A stretch of DNA of 64,000 bases from Utricularia gibba (GCA_002189035.1 NEEC01000008.1:2356001-2420000); one strand, 5' to 3'; positions 1 through 13,910 are shown, numbered from the stretch's first letter. Notes: generated by a model from the letters alone, not told the origin. Made by a program: numbers and translations.

Positions 1-3000
1 AAATATTCAACCTTATCTAGACTACCCCAACATGGAAATTGAAGACATAATCAACATCAGTAAAATGAAAAGTATGTCCCTTTTGTTACCTGACTGGAAT
101 TCCAAAAACCATATCCAGAAGAAGCATAAGAACCGTTAGCAGGTGTCCCAACCTTTTTCTCCTCTTGGATAGGTTCCCACCTACTTTTAGGTCGTCGAGG
201 GCTCTTACTCTTTTGAATCAGAAAATCCGGTACCAAAAATGGCCCATTTCTGGATTGGGAAAAACATAAGTTTAGTATCTTGTTTTAAAATTAAGGACCA
301 TATATGGCACAACATAAGCATACGTGTCATTCACTATATCATCGTTTGGTAAAGGGAAAAGAGGTTCAACATCCCAATCCCTTGTGTGAAGTGTACCTTC
401 AGCAGTTGCTCTTGTAATTACCTAGAAAAAATGTGATCAATCACATGCCATATACATTATACAACATCCTTTTTATTGGGAAACAATAGGAAGATACCAT
501 TCATGAAAGAGGAAATTAAGGAAACAAAAATTCAAAACTCCTATATGCCAAGATAACAATAGAATTATCCAGGTTAAAAAAACATCTAGGAATTTTGGAT
601 AACGGACCTGATAACTAGGCACCATGAAAAACATTGCAAGACAATTTTGATTTATCAGATTCTATTTCACACTCAAAATCAAGACACATAGAGCCTTACC
701 TCCTTCATGATAGCTTGGGATGCTAGCTTTTGCCTATCATTTTTGCAACGAGATAAAGCACGCTCAACATAACCACGCAATGATGTTGGGAAGGTACCTG
801 TCTGCAAAAACAAAACTACTGCTTTACAAGTGTTTCTTGTATGATATTGCAAATATCAAAGAGCAAAAAAGAAGCAACAAACCTTCAAAAAAATTTTGGA
901 AAAATTGAAGTACAAGGTTTATAAAATCATTGCTTTGGTGTCAATGTCCAGAAGAAACACTTAGTAAACCCATTCCAGTGTGCATAAAACACTTAGTAAG
1001 CCCACTCCACAAACCATGAATAATGTAACCGTGCAAATAATTTTTGGCACATAGCATGATGATTGACACCAAAGCTACGATTATCGAAAATTGCACATAA
1101 CATGATGATCAAATACGTCTGAAAGAATGGCCCAATTATAAAGCTCTAACCTTGAGCATGGATTCAGCTTCTTCATGAGATACAACCTTTTCAGATGGTT
1201 TGCCTGCCTTGACACTGACATATGCTGGCCTTGACGTCATAATGGGTTTAACACTATCTTTTTCACATCTAGGTAAAGTTACAGGTAGGTTGGATGCAAT
1301 TCTTGGATTGGTAGGAATTTGCACCTTGCAAGCCTTTCGTGGATCTAACAGTTCTGGAGGTTGTGGTACAGCATGGGAATTTGAATGCTGATTTTGAGCG
1401 CCCTGATAACCTGAAGTATCCAGAACAGCAGAGCCATGAGCATATGAAATATTATGCGGAATTTTAGAGCTTTCATATGGTAGTGTTAATTCTGATGTCT
1501 TTTGACCAAGTGGTGGTACTGAATTCAGCAGATTATTTTGGGTATTGGGAGCAAAATAATTCCAGTAGCTCTCAGGTGCATTTCCCGATGAAGAATCCAC
1601 CTGACATGAAAATTCAGGCATAAGAAAAGTGGCATATAGCGCTGATGATAGCACCCTCTAACCCCAAAAACAAACAAAGTGGTCTTGAAACACAGGGAAA
1701 AAGCTCCCTTTCAGGCAACAAGGAATACAAATTGAGGAAAACTGCAACAATGAAGTAATAATCTTGTTTCATTAATAGAAGAAAATTGAAAAAAAAAAAA
1801 GTAAGAACACGGGTTTACTATATCTGCCCTTGTGGTAGTTGCAGAACATCACCGTTTGGCTGACATTATGCTGATCGATTGCTACATCTTATAAAAACCC
1901 AACTTCTTTATCACTTAATTTACTATGCCAGAGAAATTAGTATCCATCACAATTCATTTTCATTACTAAACAAGCCTATCATAATCTCCATGTATATGTG
2001 CTCTTCTGCATAACTTATCTTGGTAGTGCATATTTAGCACAAAATTCAGCATAGGATTTTACCCAAAAAACCTCACAATTTTTTTTAAAAAAAGGTCAGA
2101 GACAACTTAAATTCAAAAGCTTATTCGTATAAGGAAAAGTTCAACTTAATACAGTGGCCACAAACCTGGGAAGATGTCGATGCAGCTGAACTAGATTCTG
2201 GTCTCCAATGAGGGTTATAAACGGAAGGATTCTGATTGGACTGTGAAAATGCACTACCGTTCCCACCTGAAACAAAACCATTTGCAGTAGAAGAGGCAGA
2301 AACGTGGATGTTCTCAGTACCAGGAGCACATATAGCCTCAGTTGGACTTTGACTGTAGTAGCCATTCCACTGCTTATACTGTTGCTGATACTGCGAAGGT
2401 GCAACAGCAGTTGTTGAACCATAGGCTGGATGTGGGTCAGGAGTATAGTTTGAATACTGATGAGCATTGTAATTTGCATATTGAGCTCCAGGCCAAAAGT
2501 TAGTCTGGCTGCTGTACGGGGCACTTGCATAACTTCCAGATGTCTGGTAATCACCATGATTGTAATAAGTGCTTGAGTAACTTGCAGGCTCGCCATAAGT
2601 GCCAGTGTTTTGAAATGAGGTAACAGCTTGATAAGAAGCACCTGTGTTTTGACAAACTCCTAATTGCTGGGGGTAAGACTGATCGGTCTGGTGTGGGTAG
2701 CTACTTGGTTGTTGATGATATTGAGCTGGATGTTGTTGATATGGGTCAGGTTGTTGATACTGAACTTGTTGCTGATACTGTCCATAGTAAGCAGCATAAT
2801 CTGCACTGCTGTATCCATACGGATCACTATTTGAATAAACAGCATAACCAGTATGACCTTGTGCAACACTTGCAAGACCTGAACCTGAGGTAGAGACAGC
2901 AGGCATCGGAGAGGTTTCATCTAGAACACTTGGCATGGGTTGATCAGCTTGAGGGCCATTATGGTTTCCAGAACTCGAAAGATCTGCATTTTCCTTCAAG

Positions 3001-3473
3001 ACATGATCCTCTGCTGGTGTTTTCCGTGAATTAACAGCCAAGCTAAGGCACGCATTAGAGGTTTGAACTCCAAATGACGCACTCATCTGTTGTCTCTACC
3101 AAACGAAAATAAAAGTACATCAATACATGCAACGTTTAAAAGCTTTCAAGCAAAAATTCAAGTTAGGAACAAATCACCAAATCAGAAAACATAGAGGTAA
3201 GCAATCTAAAGTGGCACAAGAACGATAGTACAGCACTTTTGACACAGGACAATATAGAAAACCCCGAATCTACAAAGTACTTTCAGACATGACTACATTG
3301 AGTAACACAAACGTGGAGCATTAGCTTATCACACAAACAAAAATAAGACCTCTGTGAGAAACAGAACTTTCAGACAGAAAAGAACCAGGCAGCAGTACAG
3401 CAGTAGAACAGATGAGACCAAATACCTCAGCAGAAGTAGCAGATTCAGCTTTCGGTTGTTCGCTCGTAGCCAT
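1..3473 (-). CDS. SAC3A: SAC3 family protein A / LENG8-like (5' part only; gene continues past the window start)
   Basis: Spliced reconstruction. Exon 3473-3426 (MATSEQPKAESATSAE|gt), large Q/Y/S-rich exon ~3086-2166, exon 1600-1151 (KVQIPTNPRIASNLP), 801-700 (TGTFPTSLRGYVERALSRCK), 421-324 (TLHTRDWDVEPLFPLP), then an exon with KSPRRPKSRWEPI. These motifs match the N-terminal half of Arabidopsis SAC3A as recalled. GT-AG sites are phase-consistent. Confidence 0.9.
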
Positions 3474-4160
3474 CACATAACATAACGGATTTAACAGGAA
3501 AATCACCAAATTAATCAAGAGGGGAAAATACAGACAAGAAAAAATAAAGCCCTAATTAGTACCCCCCACGAGGCATTAACTTGAAAACTGAATCTAAAAC
3601 CCAATACACTCGAAGAAAAGAAGACAAAATGAGAGATGAGGTCGCAGATTCTGCAGGCGGAGATTATATACTTCGCATATGTTGACCCGGTCGATCAAGA
3701 TTCAAGAAGAAAACACACACAATCCGTATCAAATCCCCAAAACAACAGCGATTGGGGAAAAGGGAACAAGGGTTTCTACAGAACGACGGTTTTGGTGGAG
3801 ATCGAACTTCCAATCTTTCCCGTATCATATAAAAATTGAACCCTTCCGCAAAAATCAGAAAATGCCTTGTAGATGTATCAATTATTTAAAATCGAATTCA
3901 ATCCAAAAATAAATCCTACAAGAGGGTTGATTTTTTTTTTTTACAATTTTCAATTATTATGAAAATTAGAAATAATTATATAAATTTAATTTCCTATTTT
4001 TATAATGCTACAAATACTCTTGAAACCTTATTCTAAAACTTTATTTTACTTTATAATTTTCAAGGCTTGTGATTGGTTGTCAATTTGAATCAAAGAAACA
4101 ATGGTGGGACCCCACCAGGACTAATATTGATCACTTATATACCACCAAATATACCTTTTA

Positions 4161-4412
4161 GCCATTGTGTTGGTTGGTTGATTTAGATTTTTATGGATTT
4201 AGATTATTTGAGTTTATTTAAATCCAAATATGTGGGTATAAAAATATCCATACACTCCCTTGAATATACATATATCAATATATAAAGATATTATATAAGT
4301 ATAATAATAATTATACTTATATATAAGGGTATAATTATACCCACATATTAAATAATACAATTTTATTAAATTCATCATAAATTAATCTTATAACTTCATA
4401 TCAAACAAGGGC
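4161..4412. mobile_element. Degenerate Tourist/PIF-Harbinger-like MITE (fold-back)
   Basis: Flanked by TTA on both sides (4158-4160, 4413-4415). Imperfect termini GCCATTGTGTTGG vs reverse complement GCCCTTGTTTGA. Internal perfect inverted repeats 4227-4241/4335-4349 (15 bp) and 4292-4305/4310-4323 (14 bp). AT-rich and non-coding. Confidence 0.5.
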
Positions 4413-6157
4413 TTAGATTGGAAATTTATGTTATGTATATAATTAGCCCCCCTTCCCTTCATATGCGCATGTCATTCATATATTTAAAAAAATGAATACA
4501 TGAATAGTTAATTTATATATACTAATTAATCAAATAATAATTTATATATAAATTTTCTATATTCTACTATCAAATATACTATTATCGTATTATTTTTTTA
4601 TGATGGGATCATGCAAGTGGCGTGGCACTCACACCCGTCACCCCTCGTGCGAGTAATAGCATTACAATCAAATATTGAATATAGAGATGTTCCATATCAT
4701 TATTGGAAGGGGACCAAGGTCCTCGTAGAACAAGAATTATGGGTTCATATCTGTGCGTTAGAGCGGTTCGGAAATTTGAAACCTTGAGTGGAATGACGAT
4801 AATGACCCTCCATATATTACCTCACTTCCCGGTAAAACCGGTAAACCTGGGGGCAACACGAGGCTTTTTGGCTTCTGCCGTTGCTGACAGACAGGCGTGG
4901 GTCATGGTTGAGGAGTCTGGAGTTCATCATCAAGGTATCTCATGAACACCCCAGTGCTCTCGTTCTTCCACTTCTTATGCTACGATTGTTGCTTTTTCTT
5001 GCATTTTGATTGTGCTGCAAGTGTTCTTTTAATCGAATTGATTATCGGGATGGCCATTTGCAACTTCCAAGGCTTTGCGCCGGTTAAAATTGCGAAAGAT
5101 GACCTCTTTTTTGGATTTGGAAAGTGAATGAAATTGGATTTGGCGCTGGTGCTTTACCTTTGACATCTGCTTTTTGAATCTTGTTCTTGTATTTGGTGAT
5201 ATGTCTCTCTTGATATGTTCTCATCAGTGTTTGATCGTGTGAATCTTCTGAAATTTTCTGAATATGTAAAGAAACTGGAGGATCTCCCTGACCTGATGGA
5301 CTCCTAATTTCTTCCAGACCTGAAATTAAGGCGCAGGAGAATAGTATTTCTTCCATCGTTACTCTTCATTAGAATTCTCAGTTCTATTTTCTGCTGACCT
5401 GAAATGAATTTACTTCTGTCGCGAAGATAAATCCATTGGAGAAACAAACTTATTTCAGTCACTAGAACTTCTTTTCTTTTATAAAAAGTAGTAAGCAAGA
5501 AGTTGTTCTAGTTTATGATCTCTTCTCCGGTAACTGGGCATGGAGGACATCGGTATCAGAATATTGCCTGCAATTATACTTTTGGTTAGGCGTCGTTTTC
5601 TACAAGATTTTCGATTCTAAAGTCTTTGATATCTGACTCAAAAGGTCAGGCTAGTTGTTTTCACTCGCGTCCGTGCGTATTTTTGTATTTACTTATCATT
5701 CCTGTATTTTCAGTTGCAGTTGATTGAATGGAATTCTTTCTTGCACATCAGAGAAATAGAAACGACATTTACTTTTTCAGTGGAAATAAGCCATTTTTTG
5801 TGCTGTTCGGTATCCGCTCAATATTCAGTCAGCAAATTTCCAGTTGAAATGTTTGGTTTCATGCTTTTGCTTGGTTAGTCTGGTCTACGTTTCTAGGCTC
5901 CGTAATCTGGTAAGGTCGTGACAGGGGTCCCAGAACCGTCACCTTCCAGTGGGCCTCAGCAATTGTAAGCAGATCACGTTGATGTATATTTATAGTGTAG
6001 ACATATGGCCTGGGTGCGTAGCTTTCACACCAACTACTTCACTGAGTGTACGCCATTTAATTTCCAAATAGTGTAGACCCCATTCATGATTTTCTCTTTG
6101 CAGCTCTGCTGCGCTGTCTGATTCACAGTGCCGAAACTCGAAGTTGAAGTACCGGAG

Positions 6158-9100
6158 ATGAAAAATATGTTCTTTTTCCGATCTCATTCATCCAACAGCA
6201 CGAAAAATAATTCTCAATCCTCCCCGCAGCGGTTAAACGAGAAGTTTGTCTCCCGGGAAAAGCCTCTTGACAAAGTGGTGAAGGTTGCTGAAAATAAGAA
6301 AGGCTCAGAAGATCCACCAAGTCCTACCCCGCCTTGCCTGAGAAGAAGTTTTTCCTTCTCATCTGGCAATCCTGGGGACTCTAGTTTGAGTAAAGGTGAC
6401 CAAACTGGTTCCCCATGTTCTTCTTGTTCTCAGTCAAACCATTTCTCTTCCAGGTTTGTTATCTATTTCGTCATTTGTTAAGCAGCCTTTGAAATGATTT
6501 GCTATTCCTCTTTCGGTGTGTCTTTCCTCAGATCACGTGCTATGACCCCTGATAGACAAATCAGATTGAGCCGGCAGAAAAGGGAAAAAATTGACTCAAG
6601 AGCGCCATCTAATGTATCAGAGATTTTTTCTTATAGCTCTAGTAATAAATCGAATAAGTTTCTGGATCGGTTCATTGATGGGGAGCAGCAAAAGGGGAAG
6701 TACAGTGTGAGAAGTAGTCCTTCAAGAAATCATCAGTTAGGAAATGAAAATATTGAGGGAAAGCGTCATTCAAGAATTCAGTTGCATGCATCTGTTTCAC
6801 GTGATTCTAGTAAGGTGAAGCCGCTGTCTCAATCCTTTAGTGAAGTGAAAGAATTCGGACAGCGTACTTCGTCACCTAATAGGGGTGACATTGGACATAG
6901 CATCAACTCTACTATGAAACTTGCAAGTCAAGTTGTCGAGAGGCTTTCCCATTCTCAGCTCTTGAATACAGCAACTTTGAAAGAATGTGACCGTGATAAT
7001 CCAGTTACCATTTCAGATGTTTTTGGAAGCAACTTGAATATGTCTTCAAGGGCGTGCAAAGACCAAATGTCTAGGGGAGCCTGTAATATTGATTATTGGC
7101 AAGGACAGGCGAATATTGGATCTGAAAATAGAGAAATTTCATCCCAATTCATACAAAAGGAGGCACCCCCAGGAGATAAAGAGAGGTTCCTGGATTCATT
7201 AGTTGGCAGTTTTGCTCAAGATGACTTGGATCTGTTTAGAAACTACCAAGATGCTGAAAAACGGGCTGCTAAACTATCAGCAGAGATTGCTGAAGCAGAT
7301 TTTCTCCAGTTAAATGCTCTTGGTGTACCTATTCTGGTTCAAACCATACGAAGCTTAATGGAGGAGAAGCTAAAGATAGCTTATGAGGTTAGAGCAGTGC
7401 TGGAAGATAGAATAGCTGAAAAAGCCTTTTTTAGGGAAAAAATTAAACTTGAAAAAGAAGAACTGGAAGCGAAGTGCCGTAGATTAGAGAATGGAAAGAA
7501 TGAGTTGCAGCATACACTTGAGAAGGAACTAGACAGAAGGTCGACTGAGTGGTCTATGAAGCTGGAGAAACTGCAGGTGGAAGAGCAAAGACTTAGGGAT
7601 AGAGTACGAGAGCTTGCAGAACAGAATGTTGCCCTCCAAAGAGAAGTCTCTTCTTCCAGCGAAACTGAGATCACTGCTAGGGACAAAGTTACAAACTTGG
7701 AGATACAAGTACGTGATTTATCATTTCAATTCCAGGAAGCTACAGAAGAGAACCATTATCTGCAAAAATCTTTATCTGAAATGCACATGAAAGCTAGAGC
7801 AGCAGAGAAAGACAGAGATTGTATCCGGAAGGATTATGATGATAAAGTTTCTGAATGTAAGGATTTGTACCAAACCATCGTTAGGCTACGGAAAACGTGT
7901 AGCGATCAAGATAAGACTATTGATGGGCTGCGTGAGCTTTGTCAGGGTATGTGCCCGAAAACGTCCAACGATCATTTTGATTTCAGAATAGAGAAATTGC
8001 ACATGGAACATATGAGACTAACCGGAGTAGAACATACCCTGAGGAAGGAGGTGGAGTCGTATAAAGCGGAGATCGATTCACTAAGGTGTGAGAACATAGA
8101 TCTGCTCACCCGTCTTAAGAATAGCAGGAACATGAATGAGCCTATGACCTTTAAGCTGGATAGAGAACTTCAAAATCGAGTTAAAACCTTTCAAGATCAG
8201 TTTCTTTCGTTGCTGAAAGAGAGCACTCAGCTTGGAAGGAAATTACTTAGCAACTGTAAGCCCAAAAGTGGCTCTCCCATGAAAAAGGGTTCAGATGGGC
8301 AACTCCTGGTTGAATTTGAAGTGAAGCTGCAAGGCCTAGAGCGCGCAGTTGATTACTTAAGTACCTCAATGATGACCATATCTAGTGTTGTTCACGAAAA
8401 ATCTATGTTGCATGAAGACTGTTATGGAAAAATCCAAATGTCTGGTTTGACTGATGAGCTTAACGTACAAGATCAGCTGAAATCCAAGGTGTATATAAAT
8501 TTCCATTTTTTGAAATTTTCACTTGAAACCCCTATTTGGCAATATCCTTAATCATCTGGAATATTTATGGTTTGCTTAGGACACAACCAAATCACAATTG
8601 AAAGCTGAGATTTTATTGACAACCTTGTTGCGGGAGAAGCTGTATGCCAAGGAGCTTGAAACGGAACAGCTACAAGCAGAGCTTGCGGCAGCTGTTAAAG
8701 GCAATGATATTCTCAAATCTGAGATGCAAAATGCTGATGACGAGTTAGCCTGCATAAACCACAAGACAAAGGAACTTGAGATACAGGTAACCTCTATCAC
8801 GCACATTCTAAATATTCTAGGGGCTTTCTTCCGTTCAAGGATAGAACGAGAGCATCCATCACTTACCGCTTGTTTTTCTTCACACAGTTGATAAAAAAGG
8901 ATGAGACCATCAACAAACTTCAATACGATCTGCAAGAGTGTAGGAAAGATCTTGGTATTTTGAGGGGAATACTCCCAAAAGTTTCTGAAGAGAGGGATCA
9001 AATGTGGGAACAGGTTAAGCAGATGACAGAGAAGCACATGTTAATGAACTCTGAGATCTGTTCGTTGAGGAAAAAAATTGAGGTCCTTGATGAAGATATA

Positions 9101-9205
9101 CTGGTGAAAGAAGGGCAGATCACCATTTTAAAAGACAGTGCCACTAAAACTGTTGAGCTTTTCGCCAGCACAGATGATGTTGATGCCTTGCGTTGGGGGC
9201 GGTAG
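6158..9205 (+). CDS. Uncharacterised long coiled-coil protein (At2g39300/At3g55060-like)
   Basis: Exons 6158-6453, 6532-8488, 8580-8786 and 8888-9205, all GT-AG and in phase. Family motifs MKNMFFFRS, LRRSFSFSS, LDRFIDGEQ, ELDRRSTEW, LRDRVRELAEQNVALQRE, LLREKLYAKE, KEGQITILKD. Confidence 0.9.
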
Positions 9206-9531
9206 TTGGGCTCTTTTAGCATGATGGATATTCATACATCTTCATGCTATTACCGTTTTCTGGTGATGCCTTTTTTCCACTGTCACCCTTCGTCTCCCTT
9301 TTCAACCACAGAAGGGAGTATATACTTACAAGTAACTACACTCAAAAATCGTCAAGAACAGCATTTTTATCAGAAAAAGCTCGTGGCATCCAGCTGGTTT
9401 GATCATTGGGGCCGTAGAGGACAATGAACAAGCCTCTTGACTCAAGGTTGGTAAATATACAGCATCTTATCTCCCTTGCTCTTGAACAGGCAGAAGTCAT
9501 CTGATGTCTACCTCAGGAAAATCCGTGTTGT

Positions 9532-12343
9532 TCACCAGAATCTATCTTTATTGACGCTCAAGTAACCAGACAGCACTTTTCCGCCAGTATTTCTCATGCC
9601 ATCTATGAGAAAGGACCATGTAGAACCTAACGCTCCAACGAAGAAGTCAGCTTCTGCAGCCATCAAGAAGTTAACAAGTGGATAATTTGTGCTTGTTTCC
9701 CTTCCGAGGCTTGCTTCATATGTTGCCATTGTCATGTTTCCAGACTGACGTGTAACATTGGTGTAGTAGAACTTCCAGTGTGTATAGGAGTTCGATTGAT
9801 CAATCACATCCTGCAGGACTTACAGCTTTTAACGATGCAAAATTTCCAAGAAACAAACACAGCCAAAAGGTCCAGGTAGAGGGGATTAAGGACTAACCTG
9901 CATTTCAGTAGACAGCCAAATGCTCTTGAGTTGCGGAAATCTTTTTCTGATTCTCTCTGCCAGGTTCATATAATGCTCAAAATCGACCACCTTCATTTCG
10001 CAAGCTTTATCCCCCATTCGGACGTGCATGCTTAGGATCGGATGAGGAACCCAAGGTTTCTGGTTGGACCATACGAATTTTTCAATGTCATCATTCATCC
10101 TTGCTGGTCCAACCTACAAACATGGTAATTTGTAAATGACTTCATGGGTCATGTTCAAGTGTTTCCTTCTGCATCAGTCAGCATTTCTGAACATGCATTC
10201 ATGCATACTTGCAATGTTTTTTCATGTGGATGATGAACAGAAATACAAACCTGAGGAAGGTGAGATGATGGAGATGAAAGAACCATTTTCGCAGCTTCCC
10301 ATCCAAATGCTGCATGCCGTTGTGCATTCATAAGGTTGCAAGTGTATTCAGATGGAAACCTCATAAGGTAACGAACTGCCTGAAGAAATAATGCCTAGTA
10401 AGCATCTCAGTTTGAAATGCCATCATCGCAAAAGATTACACTTTACTATGCCTGTGCTCGCCACCACCGACGATCCATTTTCCTATGGTGAAATATCAAG
10501 CTGCCGTTGATCTCAGTTGTGGGCTGTATGATACTCCAGGGATTGCCCCATATCCTGCGGAGCCATTACAAACACTCAAGTGATGATTCATGTTCACAGA
10601 CATATGGAGGTTGTTTTTTCAACAGGTTCAGTTTGAGTTTTATGTAACTGTTTAGATAAAATTAGGAATGACATGATGATTCTGCTGTGAAGCTAAGACA
10701 GAATTAGGCATTTGTGTTACCTCGGCGTCCGTCCAGTCCAAATGTCTCTTGATGTATAATTTTCTTTTGCAGTAATAACACCACTTTGCCATGCTGATTC
10801 GTCCAGCTCAAGTTGCAGTGCCCTGTCCCTGCACTCGGATGAAGTCTCAGGAAAGAAGTAACAAGACCAGCTAGAGCGAGATGAACCTACACAAAAACAA
10901 CCCAGACGTTACTCAGGATTTGTTCAGCAACAGCCTTCTCTTGGCATGAATTGTTGCACAGACATTCGTTTGGAAATTCATAGCACACAGAAGAGGATAT
11001 GCACCAGCATTTATCTCAAATTCTTTGGAAGACATTACCCTTGCAACCATCATGATCAGCTCTGTTGTAGTAGCCAGTAACCAGTACCCTTTCCTCATTC
11101 ACTGCAATTGCAAGCATACCAGCCATCCCTGCTAGCTGAGCTCCGATACCGAACCCCGGCAACCTCTCCCAGCTAGCTAGTAAGAACTTCACGTTCGGAG
11201 CACTACAGTTCACTGGATGCTGATGAAGCCACAAGTCCCGTTGCACTTTTCTCGTCAACGGGAAGTTTTCAACATCAGATCCTGAGATCTGGGAAAACAG
11301 TAGGAGCAAAACAAGGATCGATGGCATAAGAGATTGAGTACAAAACAGAATTATTTTGCACCAAACACATGCTCTCATCATTAAAAAGTTTACTTAATAC
11401 ATTAGTATTTGCACCAAACAGCAGGGCAAGCTGATGTGTGGAAAAAAATGAACAACAGCAATACTCAGAGACGCATTGTTCAATGTCACATAAAAGTCAT
11501 ATAAGAAGGATAAGTATGCATACCCATGGAGGGTAAGCTCCTTCAGAGATGATGTGATTCCTGTAATCAACAAGCTGTTCATCAGGTGGCTGCAATGGAA
11601 AGTTGTCTAGCATTCCCTTCCACATAGTCCAAGGTGGAAAGTTATCATTTGGAAGTCGTGTATCAAGACGATGATTCACTTCTACAACCATTTTGCAGTT
11701 CTCGAGATGAGGAGGGGCCTCATTCATTTGGTCAAATGATAATTGACCAGATTCAGAAAGTAAACTCCCCCATGCCTTGACGAGAGCAGAAGCTTTCTCA
11801 CTAAAGTCATCTTTGACAACAGTTTGGCCTTCCAAGGTCATGTTTGTTCCTGCTCCACTCAGTAGGTTCTTGCAGTCCCCTCCTGCAAAATTTCATAAGA
11901 AGCATGATGAAATTGGGCATGCAAACACTTCCCTATCATCAGCATGCATTTCTTCAAACGCCTAACGCACAACCATCAAAGTTACATGATAATAGCCTCA
12001 AGGTTTGACTTTGATTGTAAAATAAACACATTTCATGATCATGGCTCCAATCAAGGTTGACTATTAATGAGCCAATCAAGTTGAATATTTACTCACTTGT
12101 AACTGTTGATGAGATATAAGTGGAAGTTGATACCCCATCGGAAAACAGAACGCGGGTCACAGATGAAGCGCCAAAGGAAGTCACCGCAAACATGAACAGT
12201 GAAGCGAAGCAAACACCGACGACGAATCCCATTACACATATTTGGCATGGAAATGAGCCGCTCATTTGGTAGAATCTTTGGGAAACAGCTCTCTCCAATG
12301 ACCTTCGGTTAAATGAGTCCGCACCTTGCTCACGCATCATCAT
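9532..12343 (-). CDS. Type II membrane GT23/alpha-1,6-fucosyltransferase-like protein (At3g26950-like)
   Basis: Eight exons: 12343-12097, 11882-11524, 11288-11039, ~10887-10721, ~10558-10452, 10379-10251, 10113-9898, 9810-9532. N-terminal TM segment (FPCQICVMGFVVGVCFASLF). Motifs GFGIGAQLAG, LSMHVRMGDK, IWLSTEM, ADFFVGALGSTW and the C-terminal SVNKDRFW*. Confidence 0.88.
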
Positions 12344-13910
12344 CACAATCATGCAGAGAGTCAACGTTTCAGTCAATCTTCACAACTGGTTCAATATTCC
12401 GACAGAGACAAACCCATCATGTGACTGAAGCCTTCAAGCAACTGAATACCCAGAAAAAAAGCATTAGCATTCACGACCATAGATCCGCGGTACGCCTGAA
12501 TACGAAAAGAAACCAGAAAAACTTTTATGCACAAGGGAATTATGTGAAGCATTTTTGGTCGATCCCAAGAAACAAACTTTCATAAACTAGGCATACAATG
12601 CAAAATTTCAGGTGCAATCCCAGATCACACAACGTAAATCTATAAGGATTAAAAAAGGGAAGTAGGTTTCAATATTTGGAAAGCAAGGATTTACAGAACA
12701 ACAACCCTCGAGATGCATGAAACAGCGGCAAAAGATTGCATTTTTTTATTTCTTCAAATCATCACATCCGAATAAGCATTTGGAAGTCAAGTATTCAACA
12801 ACAATCCACCCACGCTCCCAACAACAAAAGAAGCTACATACCCAGAAACCATGGAGGCTCCAGCAAGTCCCTGATTCAACAACATTGGCCTTTCATTGTC
12901 GAGAGTGAACTGGAAATGCGAGAACCATACCAAAAGAAAATAAAAAAGCAGAAAAGTGCGGAAGCCATAGTCGAGGTCCATCCCTCTCCCCAGGACCACG
13001 CTACTTTATATGAAACCTCAGGAAGAATAAAGCAAGGGAAATCTGATGCCACCCCTGCTCTCATTTTTTTATTATTATGCAAAACAAGACACCCCTGTCA
13101 TTACAGTAACACATTATGATTCCTCATAAAATCACTTTTGAAAAGTTTTTCTTTCTTCATACTCATCCAGTCAATTATAAAATTTCATCTATTTTACTCC
13201 TTTATTTAAATATTCTTACAAAAATATGAGAATAAACATCTACAAAATTATCATTACAAAACATGCCTTACGTATGAATGTGTTTGATTATTTTGCAGGA
13301 ATATATGAATAAAATAAAGTTTATTTAATAATTCAATTGTAAATAAATACACAATATTTTATTTATATAAAATTAAAAAAAAGGATTTAAGGATAAAAAT
13401 GTCAAAATAAAAACATAAGATATATATCTAAAATTCAGAGGTATGAAATATCAACTATAATTTACCATAAATTTTATTTCACTGTAATAAATATAATATT
13501 TTAATGTATTTATTAATGTTTATGAGTTAATACCTAAAACAGGTTATTCTACACTCCTTTTAATCATCTCCTTTCCCAATTATCATCCACCCTTTAATGT
13601 AATAATTGTGCATAATTGAAGGGCATTTACATCTTCATTAAATGTGCATTTGAATTACATTTACTTTTTTAAATATTACAGAAGTTTACTTTTTTTTATT
13701 ATTTGTAATAGTCAAATACCACTTGCCATGCAGCTACATTTATCACAAGGCAGGCATGGACAAGTCAACCCTGAAATGGCAGTTCGTTACTTCACCCAGA
13801 ATACGCTTTGCGGCATCTTAATAAGGAAAGGGAACCTCGGAACATACAGGCGGTGGAAAGACCGCCGGCTGCGGCATCTTCTTCCGATGAGAAGATGGCG
13901 GCAGGGGAAC

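Noticed and set aside
2660-2800. Short CAA/CAG-rich repeats resembling a repeat-spacer array
   Set aside because: They encode the Gln/Tyr/Pro-rich low-complexity region of SAC3A. There are no constant repeats or spacers, the DNA is eukaryotic, and no cas genes are present.
7381-7686. Long antisense or alternative-frame ORFs (also 13644-14135, 14140-14478, 17620-18297, 31719-32273, 46825-47618)
   Set aside because: They are shadows of well-supported genes on the opposite strand or in another frame, with biased Ser/Leu/Phe composition and no family motifs.
11883-11961. Possible extra exon in GT23-like intron 1 (ttag|GCGTTTGAAG)
   Set aside because: It gives an immediate stop in the phase-1 frame. 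The acceptor at 11883 joins exon 1 correctly.
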